Part shown: positions 8,823 through 18,036 of the stretch, piece by piece
Layout: each line of letters starts with the position of its first letter
Numbering within the stretch: position 1 is the stretch's first letter
Virus record (IMG/VR): IMGVR_UViG_3300023276_001265
Length of the DNA stretch: 64,000 nt
Origin: a virus
Reading direction: 5' to 3' (one strand)
Notes under the pieces: model-generated
Told to the model about the DNA's origin: nothing
The model's database searches: none
The model's input: the letters and a program-made list of their open reading frames with translations, nothing else
Made by a program: the position numbers and the translations under genes

Positions 8823-9413
8823 CTAGGTTAAATATGGTGCTGCGGCGGCTTCCGCGCTTGCTTCGTCCGGTGCCGCGGCAACGGCAGCAAGGTAGGTTTC
8901 AGCCAGATTACGTTCCGTCAGAACAGCCAGCGAGATCGTTCCAAGTGCCCCTGTGAGGTCGGCGCTGCTCACCAAGTCATACGACCCCGCGTGGTCTGCC
9001 GTGTGGGTCGTGAACGGATAGGTTATGAGCCCGCGCGAGTCGAGCATTGCCAGCTTGGACCAATTATCTTGGTCAGCAGTCGAACAGCCGAACATCAGGC
9101 CAGAGGCAGGTGGATACTCTGCCAGGATTACAGTCGCTAGCCGCTTCTCTCGTTTTCTTGTGATCGAGTCCAAGATCGGTTCGCGCCAGAGAGGGTAATG
9201 ACTTGCCGGGAGCGCGAGGAAGGTCGCTTCCTCTGCGGGGCTGAGCGCGGAAACGAACCATGTGTCTATGATGTCGCCCTCGGTGGATACGCCGCCCGCC
9301 TCATGGTCAATCGGGCTGGTGATTGAAAAGCCCACCTCAGCGACCCAGCCGTCCGAGTCGAACGATCCGCCAAAGTCGGCTGCGAGGCTCAGGGTATATT
9401 TTGTCGCGGGCAC
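8823..9413 (-). CDS. Fibre-associated protein: N-terminal adaptor-like domain plus DUF4376-like C-terminal domain
   Basis: N-terminus resembles that of 17377-18036. C-terminal I.RKREKRL...F.C...DQ.NW helical pattern. TAGTG overlap with the upstream fibre gene. Confidence 0.55.
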   Translation of the reverse strand: MPATKYTLSLAADFGGSFDSDGWVAEVGFSITSPIDHEAGGVSTEGDIIDTWFVSALSPAEEATFLALPASHYPLWREPILDSITRKREKRLATVILAEYPPASGLMFGCSTADQDNWSKLAMLDSRGLITYPFTTHTADHAGSYDLVSSADLTGALGTISLAVLTERNLAETYLAAVAAAPDEASAEAAAAPYLT

Positions 9414-11101
9414 TAGGCCACCCTCCAGATTTCCACGTGCGCGTTGCGAATACTCGCCGTGTTGCCGCCCTGCTGGCGATACTGAAGCTCGAACGTTTTT
9501 GCCGCGCCAGAAAACACGACCTCAGCAAACCCCGCCGTGGTCATTCGATCCAGTATGTCTTTCGGCTCGTTTCTCGACCCGTTCGCGCCGCTTCCCGCAG
9601 GGTCGGCCCCGAGAGTGACGCCGTCAGTGGTGTTTCGCAGCCGGCACTCGACCTGGTCTCTAGTATTGGATTGGCCTACAAGCGCACACCAGCCGACCCG
9701 GTATGTGCCCGTCAGAGAAGGCGTAGTCATGGTGATCTTTGTCTGAAACGTCGTGCTCGTCGTGGTGGACAAGGCTACCGAAACCGCCGTCTGGTAGTCC
9801 CGACCGAATAGCGCGGCTGGCGTGATCTCCGCTACACCTCCACCCCCGTCAGCTACCGCGCAGTCAATGAAATTAAGTGTCCCGTGCGGTCCACCGCTGA
9901 CCGTTACTCCGTCGTCTTGGACGATGACATTGCTGCCGGAGCCCGTTGCACCCGTTGCGCCTGTTGCGCCTGTTGCGCCATTCGCGCCGATAGCGTGAAT
10001 CATTACGCGGACGCTGTTTGGTGCGGTGTCTAGCTGACTGGACCCCATCACGACCTGTGCCCTGATCCGTATCACCTCCGTAGCGGCAAGGGTCAGGATC
10101 GCCATTCCGTGGCTCCCATTGTCGTCTTGATTGGAGTCATGGAAAAGCCTGGACCGGGTGCCGCCTTGCTCGACGCCATTGACCTCAATCCACATTTCTG
10201 CGGTGAGGTCGTTTGCTGACGCCTCCGCTGTAGAACAGTCGTAGTCAATGCGATAGTCGCCAGCAGTGTTACAGGTGATCTCCCCATTCACATTCTTACT
10301 GAATGCGGCGTCGGTCTGGCGGGTCGTGTCCAGCGGCAGGGTGCTGGCGCTCGTGGTGATCCCGGCATAAGCCACCGCATGGTAGAAATCCACGTAGATA
10401 GCAGGGACGGGTGCTATGTCCGCAACGCCAGTCCCGGCGTCTGTCGCAGTCAGGCCAACGAAATTCAGCGTCGAGTGCGGCCCACCACTGACGATGCTGC
10501 CATCCTCTTCAACGACAATAGTCGAGCCACCACCACCGCCAGGCAGACTGCCAATGGTGACTCGCTTCTTCGCATTGGCTGCCGCCGAGTCCTCGATCAG
10601 GAGAACATCGGCAGAAACCGGCGTGCCCTTCAAAGTCACAGCCGCAATCTCACCAGCTGTGTTGTCGTGAATCGCAGCTTGCACCGTGGTGTTATTGTCG
10701 ACCTCTGTATCAAAGTCCGAAATGGTGCTCGCCGTCTGAGTGCCCGTATGGTTACCTCTGGCGAAAGTATCGGCAGCCACGGTTGTTGGATCGTAGACAT
10801 CAGCAGTCATCGCAGTGCCGCCTGATAGCACTGCTGTATTCTCTGGGGTAGGGATGCTGCTGAAGACGTAGTCCGTGTCGATGATTACGATGTTGCCTGT
10901 CTGTGCAGTCCCAAAGGTAACGACCACCTCGTTACGAGGATCTGCCGGGTTTGGGTACGCAGACTCGATTAGGTCGTTGCGAGCTACTTCACCGATGCGG
11001 ACAGAGATGGCAACCTGGAGGCGATCCAAACCATGCACCACAGTCACACTAGTTTGGGATACGAATGCCTTTTCGTGTAGCTTGTAGAAATTGCCCGCCA
11101 T
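9413..11101 (-). CDS. Tail fibre with short collagen-like repeat and C1q/BclA-like head domains
   Basis: ARGNHTGTQTASTISDF motif, GANGATGATGATGATG, C1q-like GEITCNTAGDYRIDY, duplicated V..DG..VSGGPH.TLNF linker. Confidence 0.75.
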   Translation of the reverse strand: MAGNFYKLHEKAFVSQTSVTVVHGLDRLQVAISVRIGEVARNDLIESAYPNPADPRNEVVVTFGTAQTGNIVIIDTDYVFSSIPTPENTAVLSGGTAMTADVYDPTTVAADTFARGNHTGTQTASTISDFDTEVDNNTTVQAAIHDNTAGEIAAVTLKGTPVSADVLLIEDSAAANAKKRVTIGSLPGGGGGSTIVVEEDGSIVSGGPHSTLNFVGLTATDAGTGVADIAPVPAIYVDFYHAVAYAGITTSASTLPLDTTRQTDAAFSKNVNGEITCNTAGDYRIDYDCSTAEASANDLTAEMWIEVNGVEQGGTRSRLFHDSNQDDNGSHGMAILTLAATEVIRIRAQVVMGSSQLDTAPNSVRVMIHAIGANGATGATGATGATGSGSNVIVQDDGVTVSGGPHGTLNFIDCAVADGGGGVAEITPAALFGRDYQTAVSVALSTTTSTTFQTKITMTTPSLTGTYRVGWCALVGQSNTRDQVECRLRNTTDGVTLGADPAGSGANGSRNEPKDILDRMTTAGFAEVVFSGAAKTFELQYRQQGGNTASIRNAHVEIWRVA

Positions 11102-13648
11102 TTACAGTGTCTCTCCGTCAGTGAACATTACACCTTCAATGATCATCGCAATGATCGCAATGTTCTGGTTCGGAGTGCCGTCATTGTCTAGCTCCATCCG
11201 GACCAGGATCACATCTTCGGCATAATAGCCTGCGATGGGGTACGGCCCGAAATCAGCTTTGTAAAGGGTGTCTGCGGGCCAGACGGTTCCTATCAGTGAC
11301 GAGTCGAACGTGTAAGAGATAGCCGCTTTCGCTATAGTCGTCTCGGTGTCAGCAATAGCTCGCGGGACAGGCACTTTGCCTCCTGCTGAATCAGCCACCG
11401 TGTTGAATGCCGTTTGCACAGGTATCGCAGACACAAACCCAATGACCGGAGCAGATAGTGTTCCTCCAGGTTGCATGGCAAAAACAATCTCAACCCTTAA
11501 AGGGAATGCTGTGCAGATGCCGCCAGGTAGCGCGAACTGCGCGTATATCGCGTCGCCATTCGAATTCATCAAGCTGTTTGGGGAGTTGTGCGTCCACTCA
11601 GTAGGGATTCCACCCGTACCTACATCAAAGTTCGCGGATACCACTGTCCCAGTTTCCCCGAAGACGTTCCCGGCAGACACTAAGGTCTGCCGCCAGGAAG
11701 ACAGGCCGAGCGCACGCCTACGCCCCAGGGGTGAATACATCACATGGGACGGAGTGAGCCACAGTCGCTCAAATGTCGGAGCCGTGGTTAGTGTCGTCGC
11801 TACCCGCAGACGGACCCAGTAGGCAGTCGTACCATCGACTGCAATCACTGCCTGAGTCGTCGTGGCGTCGATACCGTACTGGATGATCTCTTCTGATGCT
11901 GCCCGCAGAAACAGCGCATCAGCATAACGATATGTCTCGACCAAGCTGGACGCCATGACGCCAACCGCAACCCATGCGGCACCATCCCAAATCTCAACAG
12001 CGTAGGAGCCGCCCACGCCTGCCGTCACCTGTGAAGTGAATAGCCCCCAATGCTTCATTTCGGTGCCCGCAGGCAGCGTCCTGGTGCTCGCGACGTAGAT
12101 ACAGTGATTTGCCGTCAAGCCCTGGAACGACACCGTGGACCCGCTACGGGATTGCGCCGCTGCCGTAGCGTCCGTCAGGTTGCCTCCGAGGGTCGTGCTG
12201 GTCGCGGTGCCGTCACTTGTGACGACCTTGATCCCATCCGAATACGACGACCCCTCACCGACCATCAGGCCAGACCCAAGCTCCGGGAACCCAGTCACAA
12301 GGGCCGAGCCGACCACTCTGGACTCTGCGTTCCGAACATCTGTTTCAGGCTGGTGAAACGACGCAGACAGCTTCATCTCGGCTATAGCCGCCGAAGGGAA
12401 CGAGAACAGCGGCTGGATGTCGGTGCCGGTCACTGTGATGGTCGTGCCCACACCTGTCAGCGCCGGGTCCACTAGGAGCGTGGAGACTGTCGTAGCAATA
12501 CGACCGCCTTCAATAACTACGGTGATTCCATCAGCTGCGATATGCCCGCCGATTGGTGCCGCCCCCCAGTTTGGTGAGTAGATAATCGCGGTGGCTGTGC
12601 CTTCGATGTGCAAGCAATCAACGGCATTGCTGCTCTCGATGTTGACCCCTTGGCCTTGGAACTTTCCCGTTCCTTGCACCAGAACTACGTCGTCAATCGT
12701 GCCCGCAGACTGTGGAACATGCACATCATCCAAGGCAAGCACTGCCGCATCAACGCGAAGCAGAGCAGCCATGCCGCCTCCCTCGCATCGGACGTTGCCC
12801 CCAACGATCTTCCCGGTCCCCGTCTTGTAGATGCCAGTTCCTTTGCCGGTCGCTCCATTACCTCGGAGATCCAAGTCATACAGCGTGCCGGTGCCTGCTG
12901 AGTGCTTAATCCCCGCATAGATCGGGGATGCCGAAACCGGAGCCGGGAGGGTGAGTCGGAAGCCCTGTAATAGGCTCCCACTAGACAACGTGAAGATGTC
13001 AGCCGTTGCACTTGCGTCACCGACAATGGTGGTCAGCAACCCGTCTCCGATGCAAGCTACGCCAGTCGGGACAGTGAGTCCAGATTCGACATAGGTGCCT
13101 CCTCTGACGCGCACCGTATCCCCACTCACTGCCACAGCAAATGCTGCGCTGATGGTTAGAAATGGCAAGTCTTGACGAGCGGTTGTTCCGGTGCCGTCAT
13201 TGCCGTCTTTGGCTACCCAGACGGTATTGGCTGTGTCGATGTTGCCGCTGCCACCACCACCAACAGTGACCCAAGCCCCTCCAGAGCGGACCTGATACTC
13301 GCCAAGGTCTGTGTCGTAGATCGACATACCGTTGGCGGCGACAAGCTGACCCTTCTGCGCTGTGGTGACCGAGACTGCCTGAGGAGCAGACCCAGTCGTA
13401 GCGCCAGACGGCGCGTGGCCGATCACGAGCCCGGTTCCGTCGTCCGGTCCTCGGAGCGCGTCTGCAATCGTGACAGGCGTCCCAGCGGAGCCAATCGTGA
13501 TCGCGGTCGTAAAGGCGTCAGTATAGAGAGCGGCGGTTCCAGCGGCCGTACGTACCAATCCAGAGATGGCGACGGTATCGTTCGCCTCATCAGCCGACGT
13601 TAGGTGTCCCTTGCCGGTTTGTCTCTTTAGGATGGTGATTGACGGCAC
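11102..13648 (-). CDS. Tailspike-like protein with a right-handed beta-helix (pectate-lyase-like) domain
   Basis: VWVAKDGNDGTG...PFLTISAA...SGDTVRVRGGTY beta-helix cap motif. Confidence 0.75.
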   Translation of the reverse strand: MPSITILKRQTGKGHLTSADEANDTVAISGLVRTAAGTAALYTDAFTTAITIGSAGTPVTIADALRGPDDGTGLVIGHAPSGATTGSAPQAVSVTTAQKGQLVAANGMSIYDTDLGEYQVRSGGAWVTVGGGGSGNIDTANTVWVAKDGNDGTGTTARQDLPFLTISAAFAVAVSGDTVRVRGGTYVESGLTVPTGVACIGDGLLTTIVGDASATADIFTLSSGSLLQGFRLTLPAPVSASPIYAGIKHSAGTGTLYDLDLRGNGATGKGTGIYKTGTGKIVGGNVRCEGGGMAALLRVDAAVLALDDVHVPQSAGTIDDVVLVQGTGKFQGQGVNIESSNAVDCLHIEGTATAIIYSPNWGAAPIGGHIAADGITVVIEGGRIATTVSTLLVDPALTGVGTTITVTGTDIQPLFSFPSAAIAEMKLSASFHQPETDVRNAESRVVGSALVTGFPELGSGLMVGEGSSYSDGIKVVTSDGTATSTTLGGNLTDATAAAQSRSGSTVSFQGLTANHCIYVASTRTLPAGTEMKHWGLFTSQVTAGVGGSYAVEIWDGAAWVAVGVMASSLVETYRYADALFLRAASEEIIQYGIDATTTQAVIAVDGTTAYWVRLRVATTLTTAPTFERLWLTPSHVMYSPLGRRRALGLSSWRQTLVSAGNVFGETGTVVSANFDVGTGGIPTEWTHNSPNSLMNSNGDAIYAQFALPGGICTAFPLRVEIVFAMQPGGTLSAPVIGFVSAIPVQTAFNTVADSAGGKVPVPRAIADTETTIAKAAISYTFDSSLIGTVWPADTLYKADFGPYPIAGYYAEDVILVRMELDNDGTPNQNIAIIAMIIEGVMFTDGETL

Positions 13649-13664
13649 GTAACAGCCTCAGACC

Positions 13665-14090
13665 TTACTTCTGTTCTTCGGACCTTGCGACGAGCCAGTA
13701 AACCTCTCCCGTTTTGGGATCCTTCTTGAGCTGTCGTCCTACGACGAGGCCGTAGTCCTCGCGCAGCTTGGTGTTCGCGTCGTTGACCTCGGTCCGCTTT
13801 GTCTCCAGAGCCTTCAGGTCGTTGTCGTGGACCTTCTGACGAAGCGCGATGATCAGCTGATCCTTCTTGATGATGAGCTGTTCCTGCTCAAGGAGCTTCT
13901 GCCGGAGCTCGCAGTTGTCCGCACGAGCCTCATGTAGCTGGCCAGCCTCCCACGCAGCATCGGTAGCAGGAACCCTCTCGAATTCTGGAGTCGGCTGAGA
14001 GGGCTTACTGACCCCTCCGAGTCCCTCGTTGTTGGCTGCGCCATTGATTCGATTCTTCACTGATGTCCTCTTGCGCTTGCGCTTCGACAT
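13665..14090 (-). CDS. Coiled-coil protein, possible assembly chaperone
   Basis: Long heptad region ending LREDYGL...DPKTGEVYW, basic N-terminus. Confidence 0.65.
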   Translation of the reverse strand: MSKRKRKRTSVKNRINGAANNEGLGGVSKPSQPTPEFERVPATDAAWEAGQLHEARADNCELRQKLLEQEQLIIKKDQLIIALRQKVHDNDLKALETKRTEVNDANTKLREDYGLVVGRQLKKDPKTGEVYWLVARSEEQK

Positions 14091-14130
14091 GCGTAATCCC
14101 TTGTCATGTGTATCTCCGCCTACTGCCTGA

Positions 14131-14168
14131 TGCGGGTGAGTCTACCATCTGCGGGTGAGTCTACCATC
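14131..14168. repeat. Perfect 19-bp tandem duplication containing an extended -10 element (TGGTAGACT on the minus strand)
   Basis: TGCGGGTGAGTCTACCATC at 14131-14149 and 14150-14168, intergenic. Confidence 0.9.
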
Positions 14169-14172
14169 CACA

Positions 14173-14778
14173 TCATACTCCAAAGCTCGCCCGTGCTGCG
14201 AGACACTCCTCACTTCCCTTCTCGAAGATAACGCACACCATTGGGCGTTTGCTGTAGATGCCGCACTTGCACGACTTGCCAATCGACCCGCTGAGAGCGG
14301 CGCAAACTGTGTGACCATCGGCGTTTTTCTTGGTCTTGATGTATGGGTGACCACCGTCTCTGACAATCAGCGTCTTACGCATTACCGAGGGGATATTGGC
14401 CACATCCTCTGGCTCAAGCGCCGCGTGTGTGTCTTTCCGCTGGTCCCTGGGACCGCAGCATGCCCCGCACTTCCTGCAGTCCGCATCATCTGGCAGAGGC
14501 GGGTATTGCTTCTTCTGCCTCTTCTCCGGCTCGCGGAACACAGTCGGCTTCGCGGCTCCGATCACCGCCGACAGAGGAGGCGGAGGAGGTGCTTGTGATG
14601 CCTGTGGCAGCTTGACCGGGGTTCGCTTTACGGACCGGGTCTGCTCAGCCTTAGCGAGCATCCTGGTGGCCTGGGCCCTGAAATCAGACATGGACGAGAA
14701 GGTCAGAAGTTCAGGACTTCCCCCTTCTCGTCTCATGACCACCCAGTCGTCGCCAATTCCTTCGAGCAGAACAGCCAT
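14173..14778 (-). CDS. YkgJ-family CxxCxxCC cysteine-cluster (Zn/Fe-chelating) protein
   Basis: CRKCGACC...CAAL...CGIYSKRPMVC..F..GS.EC. Confidence 0.85.
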   Translation of the reverse strand: MAVLLEGIGDDWVVMRREGGSPELLTFSSMSDFRAQATRMLAKAEQTRSVKRTPVKLPQASQAPPPPPLSAVIGAAKPTVFREPEKRQKKQYPPLPDDADCRKCGACCGPRDQRKDTHAALEPEDVANIPSVMRKTLIVRDGGHPYIKTKKNADGHTVCAALSGSIGKSCKCGIYSKRPMVCVIFEKGSEECLAARASFGV

Positions 14779-14844
14779 TCACCCACCAGTGCTAGAGCAG
14801 GGATCAAGTAACCCAGCCTAGCCGAGAACTGGGTTACTTGTGGC

Positions 14845-17340
14845 TTACAACTCGATAAACGTGCCGGGACGCAGCTCAATGTTGAGCAGATCGGAGGCTC
14901 CGGTCGTGGTGGCGGTTAGGCCCGTGTCGTTCCGCACGTAGCCGATCTGGTAGATCACCTCACCTGACTGGGGGTTACCAGACGGGGCGATGGTCGTAAC
15001 GCGCCCGGCCACAAGCTCAGACAGGTAAACCGGGTCACCAGCAACTGGGTAGTCGGTGGTAGTGAGCCCTGCTTCGACCAGGGCCGAGGCCGTTCCAGAT
15101 GTGACGACCTCACCGGTGCCGAGCGCCCCGATTGTCCGAACGATTCCGACGAAAGCCTCAGAGGTAGCTAGAACGTCGGCCTGGGTCGCGGCCGTAGTGT
15201 CGTCGGTCGTTGTAATGTAAACGGGGTTTCCAATGGCCAGGCCAGTAGTGATCAGATCACTGATGACGGCGTCAGCCTCTCCAGCTTCCTTCAACTCGTT
15301 CAGGACACCGACAAGTGTGGTTGCCGTGAAGCTAGAGGAGAGATCCTGGTTACCCGTGTCGCCTGATGTCGTTCCGTTGAACGGCAACGGCGTCGTCATG
15401 GTGTTGCCGTCGAAAGTGATATCCCCGGTTGCACCAGACTGGAGCAGAAGCGAGGACGTCGTGGTCAGCGAGCCAATGGTGAGGGTCTTGGCCGCAGCAC
15501 CGGTTCCGAAGTTCAGCGTGCCAGCAACGGCGTCTGCCCCAATGCTGATCGTGCCCGAGGCGAGCGTGTCGACGGTGATCGTGTCGTCAGCATCAATATC
15601 AATGACGCCCGAGCCGTTGGTGCTCGTGGCGTTGATATCCAGGGTGGAGTCGCCAGCAATGGCGCCGGTGTTGTCGACCGTGATCGTCTGGGTGATGTTG
15701 GTCGAAGCTGCCGTGTTGGTGGCCGTCAGGTTCGAGTCACCGAAGGCGTCGATGCTGACACCGGAGTCGTTTGCGGCGCTGGCGTCGATGGTGACCGCAC
15801 CGGCCGACCCCAGGATCAGGGTTCCCGAGCTCACCGTCTGAAGAGACAGGTTGCCAGAAGTGGCCGAGACGTTGCTGGCGCCCGTTCCGTCGATGCTGAA
15901 CGTGCTCGTGGCGAGCATGTCGTAGGTGCCAGTGACGTCAATGTCGAGGTTGGCGCCTGCGTTGATGTCGATCAGACCGGCGGCGTCCAGGTCGATCTCA
16001 GCTGCACCACTCAGAAGAATGTTGCCTGCGGTTACGGTCGAGAGAGTCAGGTCGCCAGAAGTGGTCGTGCTAAGGGTCAGCGGGCCGGTGGTGACGTTGA
16101 AGGTAGAAGCCGTGTCGGCCTCGATCGCAACGCCTGCGGCGCTGTCGACTGTCATGCCGGTCGCACCAGCATTGATGTCGACCAGAAGGGCGTCGACCTG
16201 AACCTCAGTGGCTGAGGCGTTACCAATGGTGATTGTGCGGGCCGCCGCCGTTCCAATGTTGATCGCCTGAGCGTTGGCGTCGTCACCGACGTTGATCGCG
16301 CCGCCCGAGCTGTTGACCGAGAGAGCGCCAGCAGCGTCGAGGTCGAGGATTCCCGCACTCGTGACGTCAATCGCACCAGAGGTGGTCGTGCTCAGCGTGA
16401 GGTTACCGCTGGCCACCGTGAAGTTCGAGGCATCAGCGGCGTCGAGGCTAATCGCCGGTGTGCCAGACGTGACGGAGACGTCGAAGTCTCCCTCGGCGTC
16501 CGTCATCGAGATCGTGTTACCAGCGACGTAGGACGCCTGCAGCGTAGAACCGGCGGCCGAGGCCAGGTCCGTGAAAACCAGAGCGCCGACCGTGGAACCG
16601 GCGCCAGTCTCCCAAATGCCGTCTGTTCCGGACTGGATTGCCGAGACCGTGACCTTTGTGATCGTGGCCGTGGTGTCCGTCGCATCAACCGTGAAGGCTG
16701 TTTGCGAGAAGGAGTGGGTTGGGGTGGTGTCGATCGTGATGATGTCCGGGTCACCACCGGCGGCGACGGACAGGACCTCGTAGAGGCCGTCGTTAGCGGC
16801 GATGGCTGCGCCGCTTACCTGGATGAAGTCACCGGCGGCAATCGCCGTTCCGTCGACCACATTGACCGTGGACGTGGTGGCAAACCCACCTGTGTCCGTC
16901 GTGGAGGCGGTCGCTGTGGGCAGGTAGTTGACTACGAGCCCGCCAGTCTGGGCCGCGACCGTGGTGTAGTCCTTGTTCAGGTAGAGGTGGTTGTCGGCGA
17001 TGTTGACCACCTCGGAGTCGACCGAGACAGTGGTCCCGCTCACAACCAGGTCACCGCTGACGGTTACGGTTGAACCCGCCCCGCCTAGTGTGAGGTTGTC
17101 GCCGACACCCATGCCTGCGCCGACGGTTAGCGTGTCCATCAACACACCATCGAAGAGCGAGCCAGTGGTCTGCACCGAACCACCAATGGTGATTCCCGTG
17201 GTGAACGCCTCATTCCAGAGGGTAGTCACGCCGGTGGTGCGCCTTACGAGACTGCTCAGAACAGCATCGTCGGTGCCCTCGGCGAGAGAGGTAAGGTGGC
17301 CCTTACCGGCGGCTCTCTTGAGAAGAATTACGTCAGCCAT
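14845..17340 (-). CDS. Long fibre protein with repetitive beta shaft and C-terminal cement/DUF2190-like domain
   Basis: Repeated S(N/T)F.V.SG.LTLSTTTSG units. C-terminal G.PVYI...VGIV...GDPVYLS...G.VT..AP...QIGYV. Confidence 0.7.
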   Translation of the reverse strand: MADVILLKRAAGKGHLTSLAEGTDDAVLSSLVRRTTGVTTLWNEAFTTGITIGGSVQTTGSLFDGVLMDTLTVGAGMGVGDNLTLGGAGSTVTVSGDLVVSGTTVSVDSEVVNIADNHLYLNKDYTTVAAQTGGLVVNYLPTATASTTDTGGFATTSTVNVVDGTAIAAGDFIQVSGAAIAANDGLYEVLSVAAGGDPDIITIDTTPTHSFSQTAFTVDATDTTATITKVTVSAIQSGTDGIWETGAGSTVGALVFTDLASAAGSTLQASYVAGNTISMTDAEGDFDVSVTSGTPAISLDAADASNFTVASGNLTLSTTTSGAIDVTSAGILDLDAAGALSVNSSGGAINVGDDANAQAINIGTAAARTITIGNASATEVQVDALLVDINAGATGMTVDSAAGVAIEADTASTFNVTTGPLTLSTTTSGDLTLSTVTAGNILLSGAAEIDLDAAGLIDINAGANLDIDVTGTYDMLATSTFSIDGTGASNVSATSGNLSLQTVSSGTLILGSAGAVTIDASAANDSGVSIDAFGDSNLTATNTAASTNITQTITVDNTGAIAGDSTLDINATSTNGSGVIDIDADDTITVDTLASGTISIGADAVAGTLNFGTGAAAKTLTIGSLTTTSSLLLQSGATGDITFDGNTMTTPLPFNGTTSGDTGNQDLSSSFTATTLVGVLNELKEAGEADAVISDLITTGLAIGNPVYITTTDDTTAATQADVLATSEAFVGIVRTIGALGTGEVVTSGTASALVEAGLTTTDYPVAGDPVYLSELVAGRVTTIAPSGNPQSGEVIYQIGYVRNDTGLTATTTGASDLLNIELRPGTFIEL

Positions 17341-17376
17341 CTGTGTTCCTCCACGGAAGTGGCATCATAACAGGGA

Positions 17377-18036
17377 TTAGTATTCATCGAATCCCCTACT
17401 GATGTCCACCCATAGCTTACTAGCTGATGCGGCCAAACCCACCTTGTATCGTGTATGGCCGCTTTGTGGTGTTTCGTCTGGATAGTCTACGTCTACGGTG
17501 TCTGTTTCTTCGACAATTAACCCGGCGGTCTGGCCGAGCAGATAAATTTCACCAACGGTTAGGCCGGTAAATCCCTCTAGATCGCCCAGGTAGCGAATAA
17601 CGGCGTAACCGACCATTGGAACGTCGATTTGCTCGACAAACCCAGCGAGGATCGAGGTAGCTACAGTGGCGCACGAGGCCTTCTCGACTTTCCCGTTGGC
17701 CTTCTGGTAGACCACGTCTCTAACGGCAACACCCGTCTCGTATAGACGCGAGATAACTCCAGGCCTGCCCTCGGTTGGGTCCTCTGGTGTCGGGTCAACT
17801 GGGGTGTGGGCCGCGACTACAGCGTCTAGGGCGGTGACCTGTGGACCCGTTAAAACAGCCGTAAACGTGATCTCTACATCATCAGCGTCTTCGTCAACGA
17901 AGATGGTGTCGGCTGCAAACCCGAGCGAGTCTTCGATCTCCTGGTTGAGCTGAGAAGGGTAGACGTAGTCGGTGACCTGTGCAGGGGATCCTGGCCATCC
18001 GAAGTCCGTGCTGATTACATAATTATGGACCGACAT
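17377..18036 (-). CDS. Fibre-associated protein: adaptor-like N-terminus plus DUF2190-like C-terminus
   Basis: F.AVLT..Q..ALDAVVAAH N-domain, then DVVY....G....A...GFV...GLTVG.IY.L....G. Confidence 0.6.
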   Translation of the reverse strand: MSVHNYVISTDFGWPGSPAQVTDYVYPSQLNQEIEDSLGFAADTIFVDEDADDVEITFTAVLTGPQVTALDAVVAAHTPVDPTPEDPTEGRPGVISRLYETGVAVRDVVYQKANGKVEKASCATVATSILAGFVEQIDVPMVGYAVIRYLGDLEGFTGLTVGEIYLLGQTAGLIVEETDTVDVDYPDETPQSGHTRYKVGLAASASKLWVDISRGFDEY

